A stretch of 64,000 bases of DNA from NCBI GenBank assembly GCA_039586795.1, contig JBDHJS010000016.1, positions 81,617-145,616 of the forward strand. Direction: 5' to 3'. Position 1 is the first letter of the stretch, and each line of letters starts with the position of its first letter. This stretch comes from Gemmatimonadota bacterium (GTDB taxonomy: Bacteria > Gemmatimonadota > Gemmatimonadetes > Palauibacterales > KS3-K002). Made by a program: the position numbers and the translations under genes. This document shows positions 41,376 through 51,884 of this stretch, piece after piece. Below the pieces are notes generated by a model. The model was not told where the DNA came from. It worked only from the letters and a program-made list of their open reading frames with translations, and did no database searches.

Positions 41376-41681
41376 ACCGCTTCCCAGCTGTTACTTCACC
41401 CCGATGGATTCCCACGCTGCCCACCTCGCTTACTCCTGCGGGTCTCCAGCATTGCCAGTCGGCGACAGGGAGAAGTAGGGTCCGCTGTGGTCCCTAAAGT
41501 AATACCCGGCCTGAGATACCTAAGTGAATGGCATTACCGGCCTAACGCCTTGATTAATGGGCCACATTTCGTCATTTTGCCTATGTTTCATAGCAAAGGT
41601 CAACGCTGTACCGCTAGCGCCGGGGCTCATAGAGGTCTGGATAGCTATCGATGGGGTTAGACAGTCACAGGAGGAGTTCGC

Positions 41682-43544
41682 GTGAAACATCGTCTTGCCG
41701 TCGCATTCCTTGGTGTTCTTTTGCCAGGGCTCTTCGCCTGCTCGGAGCCCGGCGTTCCGGTTCAGCAGGTGTTGATGTTCCGGGGTGATCCTGCGCACAC
41801 CGGAGTGTACAACACGCAAGGCGTCGATGAGCTTGGCGGACTACTCTGGCGATTCTCAACCAGGGGAGCTGTTCGGTCGTCACCGGCAGTATCAGGAGAA
41901 AGGGTCTACATCGGCAGTACCGACGGCAACCTATACGCGCTGGACCGAGCAACGGGCGTGGAGAACTGGCGCGTCGATGTTTCCAGCCCGATAAGCTCTT
42001 CGCCGGCCGTCGCCCGCGGCCTCGTGATCTTCGGGTCGCGGGATGGAGCGTTTCACGCCGTCGACAGCGGTTCGGGAAGGGCCGCGTGGCGCTTTGACAC
42101 CGGCGCCTTGATTCCGTGGGAATGGGGATCCGAAGGCTGGGACGTTTACACGTCTTCACCGGTCGTGGTGGATTCGGTTGTCATCTTCGGCGCCGGCGAC
42201 GGTGTTGTGTATGCCCTGGACCTAGACACGGGCACCGAAATCTGGCGCTTCGCGACCGAAGGGAGAATCAGGTCGACCCCCGCCGTCGGCGATGGGCACG
42301 TGTTCGTCGGGAGCACGGACGGGATCGTCTACGCGTTGGAGTTCGACACCGGTGAAGAGACCTGGCGTCACGCGACCGACGGCGCCGGATTGAAGTCCGA
42401 GGACCTTCGCGTAGACCGCAAATCGATCATCCCCGCACTCGCCGTCGCTGACAACGCGGTGTATGTCGGTTCGCGTGATGGCTTCATGTACGCCCTGGAC
42501 AGCAGCACCGGTGAGCGCAAGTGGATGGCGAGTCACAGCGGGTCCTGGGCGATGTCGGCACCGGCCATACTGGGTAACGCGATCTACGCCGGTACTTCGG
42601 ATGGGCGGTTCGTTCACAAGCTCGACGTGAACAGCGGTGAGGAGCTCTGGAGACTCGTCGGCGTAGGATACACCTGGTCGTCCCCCAGTATCGTGGGCGG
42701 CACGGTCTACATCGGAGACGGCGAAGGGTACCTCCGGGCGATCGATCGAGATACCGGCCAGGAGCGTTGGAACTACTGGGTCGAGGGAGGCGTCTACTCG
42801 AGTCCCGTGGTCGACGGGGGCGTCGTTTTCTTCGGTGCGGACGACGGGAACGTGTATGCGCTGCACGGTGAAGGGGTAGGCCTCCTCAGAGGCGTCTACT
42901 GGGATGAAGCGTTCCGTGACTATCAGACGCTCATGCCCCATCTGCAAACGCGGGTCTACTTCGAGCAGCGCGGGTATCGAGTGCTGGACGCCACTGCGCT
43001 TCAAGGGTTCTTAGAGGCACGAATAGCGGACCGCGCCCCGAGCGTGGTCGTCTTTGCGATGGAGTACCTGCCGGCATCGATCGCGGCTGAGCCGTCCGAC
43101 ACCGTGCTGTTCCGTCGCTATCTTGACGCGGGTGGAAAGGTCGTTTGGCTGGGGCCGCCGCCGCTGGCGCTGGGGTGGAATGAGGAGGGCCGAATCAACG
43201 CCTATGACATCGGTCGGGCAACAACGCTCCTCGGCGTCGACCATTCGAGCGCGAACTTCGACTTCTACGGGAGTGCGCCCACGGAACTCGGCGATAGCTG
43301 GGGGCTCGAGCGAGGCTGGTTGAGCACCTTCTCGATAGATGTCGCTGATGGCATAGAGGTGCTCGGCGTCGATGAGAATGGCAGGGCGGGCGCTTGGGTG
43401 AAGAACTTCGGTGGCCCGGCCGGAACCGGGTACATAGGCATGGGGCTCCATCGTGCGACGCTGACGAATCTCGAAGCCGCGTACGTTACTGCCGAGCACA
43501 GAGGCGGGCGGCAAAGGCCCTCAGCCCGTAGCGACGAGAAATGA
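41682..43544 (+). CDS. PQQ-type beta-propeller repeat lipoprotein (BamB-like repeats) with an extra C-terminal domain
   Basis: Lipobox LFAC; repeated SSPAV...VY.GS.DG..YALD..TG...W; GGAGG RBS. Confidence 0.85.
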   Translation: MKHRLAVAFLGVLLPGLFACSEPGVPVQQVLMFRGDPAHTGVYNTQGVDELGGLLWRFSTRGAVRSSPAVSGERVYIGSTDGNLYALDRATGVENWRVDVSSPISSSPAVARGLVIFGSRDGAFHAVDSGSGRAAWRFDTGALIPWEWGSEGWDVYTSSPVVVDSVVIFGAGDGVVYALDLDTGTEIWRFATEGRIRSTPAVGDGHVFVGSTDGIVYALEFDTGEETWRHATDGAGLKSEDLRVDRKSIIPALAVADNAVYVGSRDGFMYALDSSTGERKWMASHSGSWAMSAPAILGNAIYAGTSDGRFVHKLDVNSGEELWRLVGVGYTWSSPSIVGGTVYIGDGEGYLRAIDRDTGQERWNYWVEGGVYSSPVVDGGVVFFGADDGNVYALHGEGVGLLRGVYWDEAFRDYQTLMPHLQTRVYFEQRGYRVLDATALQGFLEARIADRAPSVVVFAMEYLPASIAAEPSDTVLFRRYLDAGGKVVWLGPPPLALGWNEEGRINAYDIGRATTLLGVDHSSANFDFYGSAPTELGDSWGLERGWLSTFSIDVADGIEVLGVDENGRAGAWVKNFGGPAGTGYIGMGLHRATLTNLEAAYVTAEHRGGRQRPSARSDEK

Positions 43545-44824
43545 TGATTGGGCTCTTCTACAGGCCATTCGTTCTGGCCATCTCGATCCTAGTTGTCGGG
43601 TGCATGGTCGAAGGTGGGCGAACGCCTGACTCCGACGACATCCAGGTGCTCGTCGTCGCTACCGTACACGGCCAACACCGGCGCAACCCGAATTACACGT
43701 ACGAAGATGTCGTTAGGATCCTCGACACATACGACCCCGATGCCGTATGCGTGGAGATTCGCCCGGAAGACTTCCGCCGGCGACCGTACCTCAAGGAGAT
43801 GATGCTGGCCACGGCGTGGGCGGTGGTCAACGAACGCGAGGTTTGCGGTTTCGACTGGTACGACGGCACGGCGCGCCAAAACCGGGCCCGGCTCATGGAG
43901 CAACCGGAGTACGTAGAGAAAGAGCGGATGGTCGACAGCCTCATCGCGGCCAACCCGATCACCGGCCCGTTCAGAGAGCGGTACGGTGACTTCTGGCGCG
44001 GAGAGATGGACCTTCGCTTCTACAACGGTCCCGAGTACAACCGCTATATCGAGGAGGTCTATCGTATATCGCTCGCCGTCTTCGGTGACAGCCCAATCAA
44101 CTTGCACTACGAGTTTCGTAATCGTCGGATGATGGATCTGGCGTGGGATGTGATCAGCCGGCACGCCGGCGGTAAGGTGGCGCTGTTGACCGGCAGTGAA
44201 CACAAGCACTACTTCGATCGCGATCTCGAGGCCCGTGAGAACGTCAGGGTCGTCGATCTCGATGAGTTCCTACCGCTCGTTGACGACCCGTTGCACGCGG
44301 TGATCGCTGACTTCCTCCGGGAAGAAAACGACCTCGTCTATTACGAGAGCGGATTTCCCTCGGACACGAATCGCTATTATCAGTCCAAACTGGTGCCGCT
44401 CGTTCATGGCCCGAACATGGACTGGTATCCGGACACCATACCCGCCAGGAACATCGAGGTAGCCGGGAAGGTGCTGGAGCGTTGGCGCGTATCTCAGCCG
44501 CGATCTCATCGCATGACGTTCGACGAGGCATGGCTAGATTTTCTGACCGGGAATTGCGAATCGGCCGTCGAACGGGTAGCGGGTTTGGTCGAGGCGATCG
44601 AGAGCGGTCGCGTCGAGGATCCGTTCATCAGGGTCTACACGTATCGAAATCGCGGGCTGTGTCAGGACCTGCTAGGAGAACGACCGGCGGCGCTCGAGTC
44701 GTACGCTCGTGCCAGGGCGCTCGCCCAGGGGACGCGAACGGAAGGGAACATCGACCGTGCTCTTCAGAACTACGAAACCGTCCCCTACCAGCGCCGGCGT
44801 GCTGAAGAGTCGTCAGGCCGCTAG
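43541..44824 (+). CDS. Lipoprotein with TraB/Tiki-like domain and C-terminal TPR
   Basis: Lipobox VVGC; TVHGQH, VEIRP, RNRRM, GSEH; TPR-like tail. Confidence 0.6.
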   Translation: MMIGLFYRPFVLAISILVVGCMVEGGRTPDSDDIQVLVVATVHGQHRRNPNYTYEDVVRILDTYDPDAVCVEIRPEDFRRRPYLKEMMLATAWAVVNEREVCGFDWYDGTARQNRARLMEQPEYVEKERMVDSLIAANPITGPFRERYGDFWRGEMDLRFYNGPEYNRYIEEVYRISLAVFGDSPINLHYEFRNRRMMDLAWDVISRHAGGKVALLTGSEHKHYFDRDLEARENVRVVDLDEFLPLVDDPLHAVIADFLREENDLVYYESGFPSDTNRYYQSKLVPLVHGPNMDWYPDTIPARNIEVAGKVLERWRVSQPRSHRMTFDEAWLDFLTGNCESAVERVAGLVEAIESGRVEDPFIRVYTYRNRGLCQDLLGERPAALESYARARALAQGTRTEGNIDRALQNYETVPYQRRRAEESSGR

Positions 44825-44837
44825 ATGCAGAGGTACG

Positions 44838-46070
44838 TCACTGTAGCTTGAGGAGGCTGAAGAGCAATACCCGCTCCACGCCGAACTCGTCGAGCGACAC
44901 GCCGAGCACGAAATCGCCTCCCACCTGCACGATCCGGACGCCGCGAGGAATCTGCACGGCGCCCAACCACCTACCGTCGGCATCGAAGACCTGCCACGAC
45001 TGGGCCTGCCTGGCATACTCTCCCAGCCAGACTCGGCCGCTGGGGTCTATGAGGAGGCCGAAGGCGGCCGGCAGTGCCTCTGGCAACTCCATTCGGGACC
45101 AAATCCGTTCAACGGAGCTTCGCTCATCTGGCGTTGGATCATCGCCCATCCATTCCGTCTTCATCGCACCGATCAGGCTGTCCGTGACGGGCTTGGGGTC
45201 ATACGCGCCGCGGATGCGCCGTATCAGAGCGGCGTCGACGGAGTACACATCGACGCCCAATTCACCGCCATCCAGGAAGTAGATCAGGCGCCCATCGGAG
45301 GCCAGCTCGGGAAAGCGACCCAGCGGGTGGTTGTTGATGGAGAGGCCGCCGTTGGACTCGACGGTGTAGCGATCCATGCCGGGAAGACGCATGAGCGCTT
45401 CTGGCTCCGATCCGTCTGAGCGGTACAGCGTGACGCGAATTGTATCTCGCCACAACCGCCACGGCTCGGCAGTGGTCAACAGCTCCGTGCTGCGCGCGAT
45501 GATCCTTCCGTCGTCCAGTGCGGCTCGTGGTGACGGAAAGGCGCCGCCCTCGTTCCCAGCCAGGCGGCTCACGCGACCAAGGCGTCCCTCTTTGTCCAAT
45601 ACGGTGGCGCGCTGTTGTGATCGGTCGTAAACGAACAGCGAATCGCCGCGGTATTGCGCCAGCAGCCCGATATCTTGAAACTCGCCGGGGCCGCCGCCGC
45701 GACCGCCCACAGACGACAAGTGCATCCCTTGAGAGTCGTAGAACCGAATCTCCTTCGTACCCCCGTCTGCCACGACAACGCGCCCGTCCGGTAGTCGGAG
45801 CGCGCCGGCGATCTGGAAGAACAGGTACGCGTCATCTCCCTCAGCAACACCGATGGTCAGGTCGGGTTCGGATGCGAGGTGCAAACCTTCAGTGCTGTCC
45901 CACGCTGGCGCCGCGCTCTCCACGATGGTGACTCCTGCACTGTCGCGAGTCGCGACGACAGGTTCACCGTCCCGCTCGGCACTGCAGGCCAAGAGCGGCA
46001 CTGAAGTGGCGGCCAGCAGGTGGGCGACGGCGAGCCCACTCGGGCGCGATCTTCCAAAGCTTCGATTCAT
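44838..46070 (-). CDS. 6-bladed beta-propeller (NHL-like) lipoprotein
   Basis: Lipobox LLAC; RDSAGVTIVE, GGRGGGPGEF, VFDADGRWLG, DEFGVERV; ATGA overlap with the upstream gene. Confidence 0.82.
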   Translation of the reverse strand: MNRSFGRSRPSGLAVAHLLAATSVPLLACSAERDGEPVVATRDSAGVTIVESAAPAWDSTEGLHLASEPDLTIGVAEGDDAYLFFQIAGALRLPDGRVVVADGGTKEIRFYDSQGMHLSSVGGRGGGPGEFQDIGLLAQYRGDSLFVYDRSQQRATVLDKEGRLGRVSRLAGNEGGAFPSPRAALDDGRIIARSTELLTTAEPWRLWRDTIRVTLYRSDGSEPEALMRLPGMDRYTVESNGGLSINNHPLGRFPELASDGRLIYFLDGGELGVDVYSVDAALIRRIRGAYDPKPVTDSLIGAMKTEWMGDDPTPDERSSVERIWSRMELPEALPAAFGLLIDPSGRVWLGEYARQAQSWQVFDADGRWLGAVQIPRGVRIVQVGGDFVLGVSLDEFGVERVLLFSLLKLQ

Positions 46071-46609
46071 CGCACTCTTCTGAACGCGGAGGGTGGATTC
46101 TCCTGCCAGGCACCGTCGCTGAAGACCATGACCTGGTCGATGTACTCCTCCGGGTTGTCGCATCTTACCGTCCAGACCCAGTGATCGGCGCTCCCGTCAG
46201 GGCTGTAAGCGGACCCATTGATGACGACGTGCGAATCGGATGATTCAATCTCCTCACCTATTTGGAGGGAGGCGAAGGAATTGACCATCTGCACAAGTAT
46301 ATTTCCTGTGTGCGGGTGCTGGGAAATTATGCCATGCATGTCTTCCCAAAGCGCCCCGTCGACCCAGATCTTGACGTCGATGTATACTGACAGAGGCGAA
46401 GCTCCTTCCGAGTATCGGATCTCGACCCTCACTTCCTCTCCACTGTCCCTCGTCCTCTCGACTGCCCAGGTTCCACCCACGAGCTTGCTAAACACCCCCA
46501 GCGCGGCGCCCGCCTCCACCTCAGGTGATGCCGGGTCTTGTGCGCGTACTGGCTCCGCTGCAGATACGATCAGCAATGCGGCCGTAGCGAGAGTCTTAAT
46601 TTTGTTCAC
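46067..46609 (-). CDS. Hypothetical exported beta-rich protein
   Basis: GTG 46609 followed by a signal peptide (VRA-Q); LVGGTW motif. Confidence 0.6.
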   Translation of the reverse strand: MNKIKTLATAALLIVSAAEPVRAQDPASPEVEAGAALGVFSKLVGGTWAVERTRDSGEEVRVEIRYSEGASPLSVYIDVKIWVDGALWEDMHGIISQHPHTGNILVQMVNSFASLQIGEEIESSDSHVVINGSAYSPDGSADHWVWTVRCDNPEEYIDQVMVFSDGAWQENPPSAFRRVR

Positions 46610-46689
46610 CTTCTGTTTCCTTCTAGTTGGTATGGAGTACATGCGTCGTGCATGCCGCACCCTAGTGATCACGGCTCGACGTAGAGCAT

Positions 46690-49176
46690 TCACTCCGCCC
46701 GAAGCACCTCCATCGGCTCGATCCGTGTCGCTTGGTTTGCTGGTACGTAGGCGGCGACGGTGGTCACGCCAACCAGAACGGCGGCCGCGACGCCAAGACT
46801 CAGCGGGTCAAGAGGACTCACGTTGTACAACAGGCTCTCGAGCGCACGGGTCGCGAGCCAGGCGGCCAAGGCTCCGATGGCGATCCCAGCGCCCGCCAGC
46901 ATCAGGCCTTGCCGCACAACCCGTCTGATGACGCTGGCGGAATCCGCACCCAGTGCCATGCGGAGGGCCAACTCCCGTTGTTGATGCGTCACCCTGTTTG
47001 CCACCACTCCCCATACACCCGATGCCGCCAGGATCAAAGTCACCGCGGCAAACACTGCGAATAGCCTTCTGAGTAGTGCTGTGTCGGAGACAGATGCTGC
47101 TGCAATTTGCTCCAGCGTCCGAACGTTGGAGATCGGGATGTTCGCGTCCAGGTCATTTAGCGTCGCTCGGACCGCTTGCAGCGCCCCAAGAGGTTCACCG
47201 CTCGTGCGGACGACGGCCGTCGAACCGAACCCATCCTGCGTCATGCTCACATATGCGTCGGCGGTGATCCCCTGTTCGGGTTGGTCGTATAGCACATCAG
47301 CCACAACCCCAATCACCTGGGCCTGCTCACCGGCGAATGCACCACGGTTCAGGGCAACAGTTTGGCCAACCGCATCGGTCTCGGGAAACAGAATGCCGGC
47401 GGCTCTCTCGCTGATGATCAAAGCCGGCGGCGAGGAAGCACTGATCAACCTATCGAACACTCGGCCCTGTACCACATCGATGCCAAAGGTCTCGAAGTAC
47501 CCCTCGCGAACGTATTGGACGCCGATGAGGGGTGCGCCGGAGCTTGCATCGTACTCAGTAGATCCTGCGCTCGTAACACGGCTGAACATGCAGTGTCTTT
47601 CAAGAGGCGGCGTGCAGGTGACGGACGCCGTGACGACGCCCGGCACCAGCCGCAGCCGCTCGAGAAACACGGTCTGGAATTCGATCGGACTCTCACCCCA
47701 GCTGCTCCACCTCGAAAGGGCGTAATCGAAAATCAACACGTTCTGTGCTTGAATCCCGCGGTCCACCTCCTGTAGGTGGTGTAGGCTGCGGACCAGCAGA
47801 CTTGCGCCCGTCAGCAATAAGAATGCGAGAGCGATCTCGAGGATCACTATGGCACCGCTAAGATCGACCTTCGTCCGGCGACCCATGATCCGGTCTGTGG
47901 AGCTGCTCAGCACCTCAGCGATGTTGGTGTGCGTGCAACGGATAGCCGGCAACAGTCCAAATACGAGGCTCGTGACGAGCGAGAGCCCGACGGCGAAAGC
48001 CAGAACTCCCCCATCGATCCTGATCGCGTCCAGATCCATGGAACTGAGGTTCCAGCCGCCGGAGAGAAACTCGCTCGGCCATGTCGCGACAAGCAGCTCT
48101 ACTCCGTACCGCGCCACCCACAGCGCCACTACGCATCCGAGGGCCGATAACAGGACGCTCTCGCTGAGGAAGTTCCAAACGACACGCAACCGTCTACCGC
48201 CGATTGCCAATCTGATTGCAGCTTCTCGGCTCCGTTCCAGGGCCCGTGCTAGCAAGAAGGCGGCGAGATTGGCACAGGTGACGAGCAGCACGAGTGCCGC
48301 ACCTACTGTGAGAAGAAGCAGCGAAGTGCGTGTCTTGGGAGATACTCGGGCGTCCAGCAACCCGCGCGCACTTCCCCCGTGAATGGCATCGGGATCCGGG
48401 TCCGGAAATGCGGCCCGAACCGCGTTCGCGACCGCGGCCATTTGTGCCTGGGCGGCTTCGAGCGTGGCGCCGTTCCGAAGGCGGCCGACGACGCCGAACA
48501 AATGCGCCTGACTGTTGTTGAAGATTGCCATGTCCAGAAGTCGCTCGGCAGTCCGCGTGGGCACCCATAACCCGGCCGACCCGCTGAGTCCGGTGAACCC
48601 GGTCGGCGCGACGCCAACGACGGTTACCGGGCTGCCGTTGAGCGTCACGGTCCGACCGACAACAGAGGAATCAGCTCCGTAGTGATTGATCCAGATGGAA
48701 TGAGCGATCATGGCCACCAACGGCGCGTCTACCTCTTCATCGCTCGCCATGAAAGCTCGCCCCAGTGCGGCGCTGATCCCTAGCATACTGTGGTACTCGT
48801 GCGTGACTACTTCGCCCATCGACAGAACGGCGCCCTGCTCAGCCGCCAGGTTGAACGAGAAGGCCGCGTATGCCGAGATCGGATCCGCAAGTCGATTTGG
48901 GGTCTCGGATAGGATCAAGAACTCTGGATGAGTCCACAGGTAGGCGCGCTGAGGCCCCGGCCGGGATTGGGAAGAGACCGTCAGGTCCAACAGTACTAGC
49001 CTATCGGGATCTTGATAAGCCGGCGGCTCAAACAGGGCAGCTTTCACGGCCGTGAAGACGGCAACGTTCGCCCCGATTCCAACGGCCAGTACCGTTACTG
49101 CTGAAACGACGAACAGCGGCCGCTTCCGAAGGGTTCGGGCGGCGAATCTCAGATCGTTCCAGATGGTTTGTATCAT
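46690..49176 (-). CDS. Duplicated MacB/FtsX-type ABC permease (ADOP-like), divergent copy
   Basis: NDLRFAARTLRKRP, LLVTCANLAAFLLA, RELALRMALGA, PANQATRIEPMEVLRAE. Confidence 0.9.
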   Translation of the reverse strand: MIQTIWNDLRFAARTLRKRPLFVVSAVTVLAVGIGANVAVFTAVKAALFEPPAYQDPDRLVLLDLTVSSQSRPGPQRAYLWTHPEFLILSETPNRLADPISAYAAFSFNLAAEQGAVLSMGEVVTHEYHSMLGISAALGRAFMASDEEVDAPLVAMIAHSIWINHYGADSSVVGRTVTLNGSPVTVVGVAPTGFTGLSGSAGLWVPTRTAERLLDMAIFNNSQAHLFGVVGRLRNGATLEAAQAQMAAVANAVRAAFPDPDPDAIHGGSARGLLDARVSPKTRTSLLLLTVGAALVLLVTCANLAAFLLARALERSREAAIRLAIGGRRLRVVWNFLSESVLLSALGCVVALWVARYGVELLVATWPSEFLSGGWNLSSMDLDAIRIDGGVLAFAVGLSLVTSLVFGLLPAIRCTHTNIAEVLSSSTDRIMGRRTKVDLSGAIVILEIALAFLLLTGASLLVRSLHHLQEVDRGIQAQNVLIFDYALSRWSSWGESPIEFQTVFLERLRLVPGVVTASVTCTPPLERHCMFSRVTSAGSTEYDASSGAPLIGVQYVREGYFETFGIDVVQGRVFDRLISASSPPALIISERAAGILFPETDAVGQTVALNRGAFAGEQAQVIGVVADVLYDQPEQGITADAYVSMTQDGFGSTAVVRTSGEPLGALQAVRATLNDLDANIPISNVRTLEQIAAASVSDTALLRRLFAVFAAVTLILAASGVWGVVANRVTHQQRELALRMALGADSASVIRRVVRQGLMLAGAGIAIGALAAWLATRALESLLYNVSPLDPLSLGVAAAVLVGVTTVAAYVPANQATRIEPMEVLRAE

Positions 49177-49236
49177 CGTCCGGCGCTTACTAAGTGGTTG
49201 GTTTGTCGCTAGCGATCATGAAAGCACGCGTTTGGT

Positions 49237-50544
49237 CTATCCCAGCACGGTTAGGCTGCTGTCCGGATTGATCTGCCGATTCCGCGAGAAGAAGCCCACA
49301 TCGAAATCGTAGTCAGTGTAACGGCCATTCACGCGAACGGGGTCGCGATCGTGATCGTGCCCTAGTTCGCACGCCGTGATCAACTCCGCCATCATCAGAC
49401 CGGCCATCGGCGCGTTCTTGTACTGATTGCCGCTTGTACCGACGGCCATGTAGAAACCGTCGAGGTCTGACCGGTCATAGATCGGCATCCAGTCATCGCT
49501 AACGTCGTACAGGTCGGCGAAGCCCTTCGGTTGGCTGGGGATCCTGAGCCCGGGCATGCGTAAGGCGAGGCGGTAGACCTGCGATCTCCATTGTTCATCT
49601 GTCACTTGCGTATTGAAGTCATCGGGGTCGTCGATCCAGTCCTTGGCGTCGCACTCCGGGTCCTGGCTGCCGGTCATCAGCATCTCTCCCACTTCCGGTC
49701 GGGCCCACCCGCCGATGTCTTCGTCCGAGATGAAGGGGCTGGAGTCGGCCATCCCGCTGTTCTTCGGGCGCGCCAGGTAGTGGACTTCGTGGCGCAACGG
49801 CCGCGTGCTCAGCTTCATGGCATCGTCGACCCCAGCCATCCGATTGACGATGAACGAATGCGGGCCGGCGACGTTGACGACGATCGGCGCGGCGATCGTC
49901 TGACCATCCTTGAGGGTGACGCCGCTGACCCTGTCGTCGCGCTTGCTGATTTCGATGACCTCCGCGTTGAAGATGAACTCCGCACCGTGTGCCTCCGCCG
50001 CTCGCTGGAGGTTGTGCGCCGAAAGCTGCGGGTCGTTGATGTAGCCTGCCGTCGGGATGTAGATGGCGCCGGGAACCGTGCCGCCGGTCGTCTCTCCGAA
50101 CTGGTCATCGTCGGCACGTCGTGGAGGGTAGAACTCGCTCACATCGAGGAATGGAGACTTTGCCTTCAGCGTCTCCGCGTCCCACTCCTCGTAGTCGATT
50201 CCCAACTCGTCGTGGTGTCGAAGGTGTTTCTGGAAGTCGTTCGCCTGCGATTTGACCACGACCATGCCGGTCTCTACCAACCTGGCAAACCCTCGTTCGT
50301 CCTCCACTCCGATGTAATTGGGCCAGTCCTTCCAGTGAAGGAAGCTCTCGTAGGCAAGGGCCGTGCCTTCCAGGTAGGAGTAGTGAGTGCGGACGATAGC
50401 GCACGTGGCGCCGGTAGACCCGTATCCGGCTGCAGGGAGCTTGTCGACGCTCAGCGTGTGATAACCCTGCTTGGCCATTTCGAAGGCGGTGGCCGCTCCG
50501 ATCGCTCCTGCGCCGATGATGACGGCGTCGTACTTGGAGGTCAA
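49237..50544 (-). CDS. FAD-dependent oxidoreductase (DAO/sarcosine oxidase beta-like)
   Basis: IIGAGAIG, VVNVAGP, YDVSDDWMPIYD, GTSGNQYK; TTG start with GGAG RBS. Confidence 0.88.
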   Translation of the reverse strand: MTSKYDAVIIGAGAIGAATAFEMAKQGYHTLSVDKLPAAGYGSTGATCAIVRTHYSYLEGTALAYESFLHWKDWPNYIGVEDERGFARLVETGMVVVKSQANDFQKHLRHHDELGIDYEEWDAETLKAKSPFLDVSEFYPPRRADDDQFGETTGGTVPGAIYIPTAGYINDPQLSAHNLQRAAEAHGAEFIFNAEVIEISKRDDRVSGVTLKDGQTIAAPIVVNVAGPHSFIVNRMAGVDDAMKLSTRPLRHEVHYLARPKNSGMADSSPFISDEDIGGWARPEVGEMLMTGSQDPECDAKDWIDDPDDFNTQVTDEQWRSQVYRLALRMPGLRIPSQPKGFADLYDVSDDWMPIYDRSDLDGFYMAVGTSGNQYKNAPMAGLMMAELITACELGHDHDRDPVRVNGRYTDYDFDVGFFSRNRQINPDSSLTVLG

Positions 50545-50729
50545 GGCAGGTCTCCATCCATACTATACAAGGTTTTCGACGCAATATTGCATGCATGTGC
50601 ATAAAAATATACACTATGTGCCTTGAGATCATAGGGTACAGCTGAAGCAACCTTTTCTTTGTTGTTGCCGTCTCAGGGGCGGTGAGAGGTAACGAGTTGA
50701 CCCCCTCTTGTGCCTAAGGAGAACGCCCG

Positions 50730-51884
50730 ATGGCTAGAATCATGACGTTCCTTGCCACTTTCCTGTTCCTCAACGCATGCGACGTCGCTGACCGCAGTAG
50801 CATGCGGGAATTCGACCGTTTGCGAGGCGAGATCGATCTGATGATCGGTGAAGTGGACGGCCCGGACGAGTTCGTATTCGGACGGATCAGCGGGCTGGCC
50901 CAGGACGCCGCCGGACGGGTCTTCGTCGTGGCTCAGCAGGCGGACGAGATCCGTGTCTACGACAAGGAAGGCGGCTACCTCTTCCGGTTCGGCCGAAAGG
51001 GAGGGGGACCGGGCGAACTGGACGGACCATGCTGCCTGGCGTTCGCTCCCGACGGGAAATTGTGGGTACGGGACAACGGTAACGCACGGTATAACGGCTA
51101 CTCGGTGGCCAGCAACGCTCCGAACTTTGAGTCGTCCGTGCGCATGCGGCAGGCCGCCGCCAACATGGAGGCGACACTCACCTTCGACGAAGAAGGGTTG
51201 CTGGTCGACATCGGGCCGCGACCGGATCCGCAGTCGGGCCAGATGAACACCGTTCGTATTCATGTCGACGCCCAGGGTTCTGAGGATCGTGTCGATGTCA
51301 TAGCCAATCCACCGCAAGATCGCCTCGGCCTCCATCAGGTCGAGAGCGACGGTTCGATCTACTATCTCTACCAGCCGTATGGAGCTCGTCATCTGGTCGC
51401 TCACGCGCCGGGCGGGGACTGGGCGGACGCCGTCAGCTCATCATATCGCATCGTCTGGCGCTCGCCGGAGGGTCGGGAAACGATCATCGAGCGGGCAGAG
51501 GCTTTGGGGCCAGAGTTGAGTCCGGCGGAGCGGGAACGGGGCGAGGATCAAATCGCTTCATACCAGCAGTATCTCGCGTTGAATCGTAATGAGATTCCTT
51601 TCGACATTCCGGATCGCAAGCCCCCGATCCGCGATATGTTCTTCGATCAAGACGGCCGTCTCTGGGTCGAGCTGAGCGTTCAGGAGGGCGCCAACCGCCA
51701 GGCGGATGTCTACCTCCGTGACGGCACTCTCGAAGCTCACTACCGCTGGCCGGCCAACGTCAGGCTGCGACTTCCCGGCTGGATCGGAGACGACGTCGCT
51801 TTGGGCGTCGCCCGGGACGATCTGGACGTGGAGCGGGTTGTCCGGCTCCGCTTCGTCCGGGACTTGGTCAGCGAGCCCGACTGA
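50730..51884 (+). CDS. 6-bladed beta-propeller (NHL-like) lipoprotein
   Basis: Lipobox LNAC; GRKGGGPGEL, DQDGRLWV, DDLDVERVVR; AAGGAG RBS. Confidence 0.82.
   Translation: MARIMTFLATFLFLNACDVADRSSMREFDRLRGEIDLMIGEVDGPDEFVFGRISGLAQDAAGRVFVVAQQADEIRVYDKEGGYLFRFGRKGGGPGELDGPCCLAFAPDGKLWVRDNGNARYNGYSVASNAPNFESSVRMRQAAANMEATLTFDEEGLLVDIGPRPDPQSGQMNTVRIHVDAQGSEDRVDVIANPPQDRLGLHQVESDGSIYYLYQPYGARHLVAHAPGGDWADAVSSSYRIVWRSPEGRETIIERAEALGPELSPAERERGEDQIASYQQYLALNRNEIPFDIPDRKPPIRDMFFDQDGRLWVELSVQEGANRQADVYLRDGTLEAHYRWPANVRLRLPGWIGDDVALGVARDDLDVERVVRLRFVRDLVSEPD

Noticed and set aside
50675..50706. AGGGGCGGTGAGAGG...CCCCT hairpin as a possible third RNA copy
   Set aside because: It shares only CGGTGAGA and a G/C stem; there is no CCGWAAGAG, closing stem or downstream duplex
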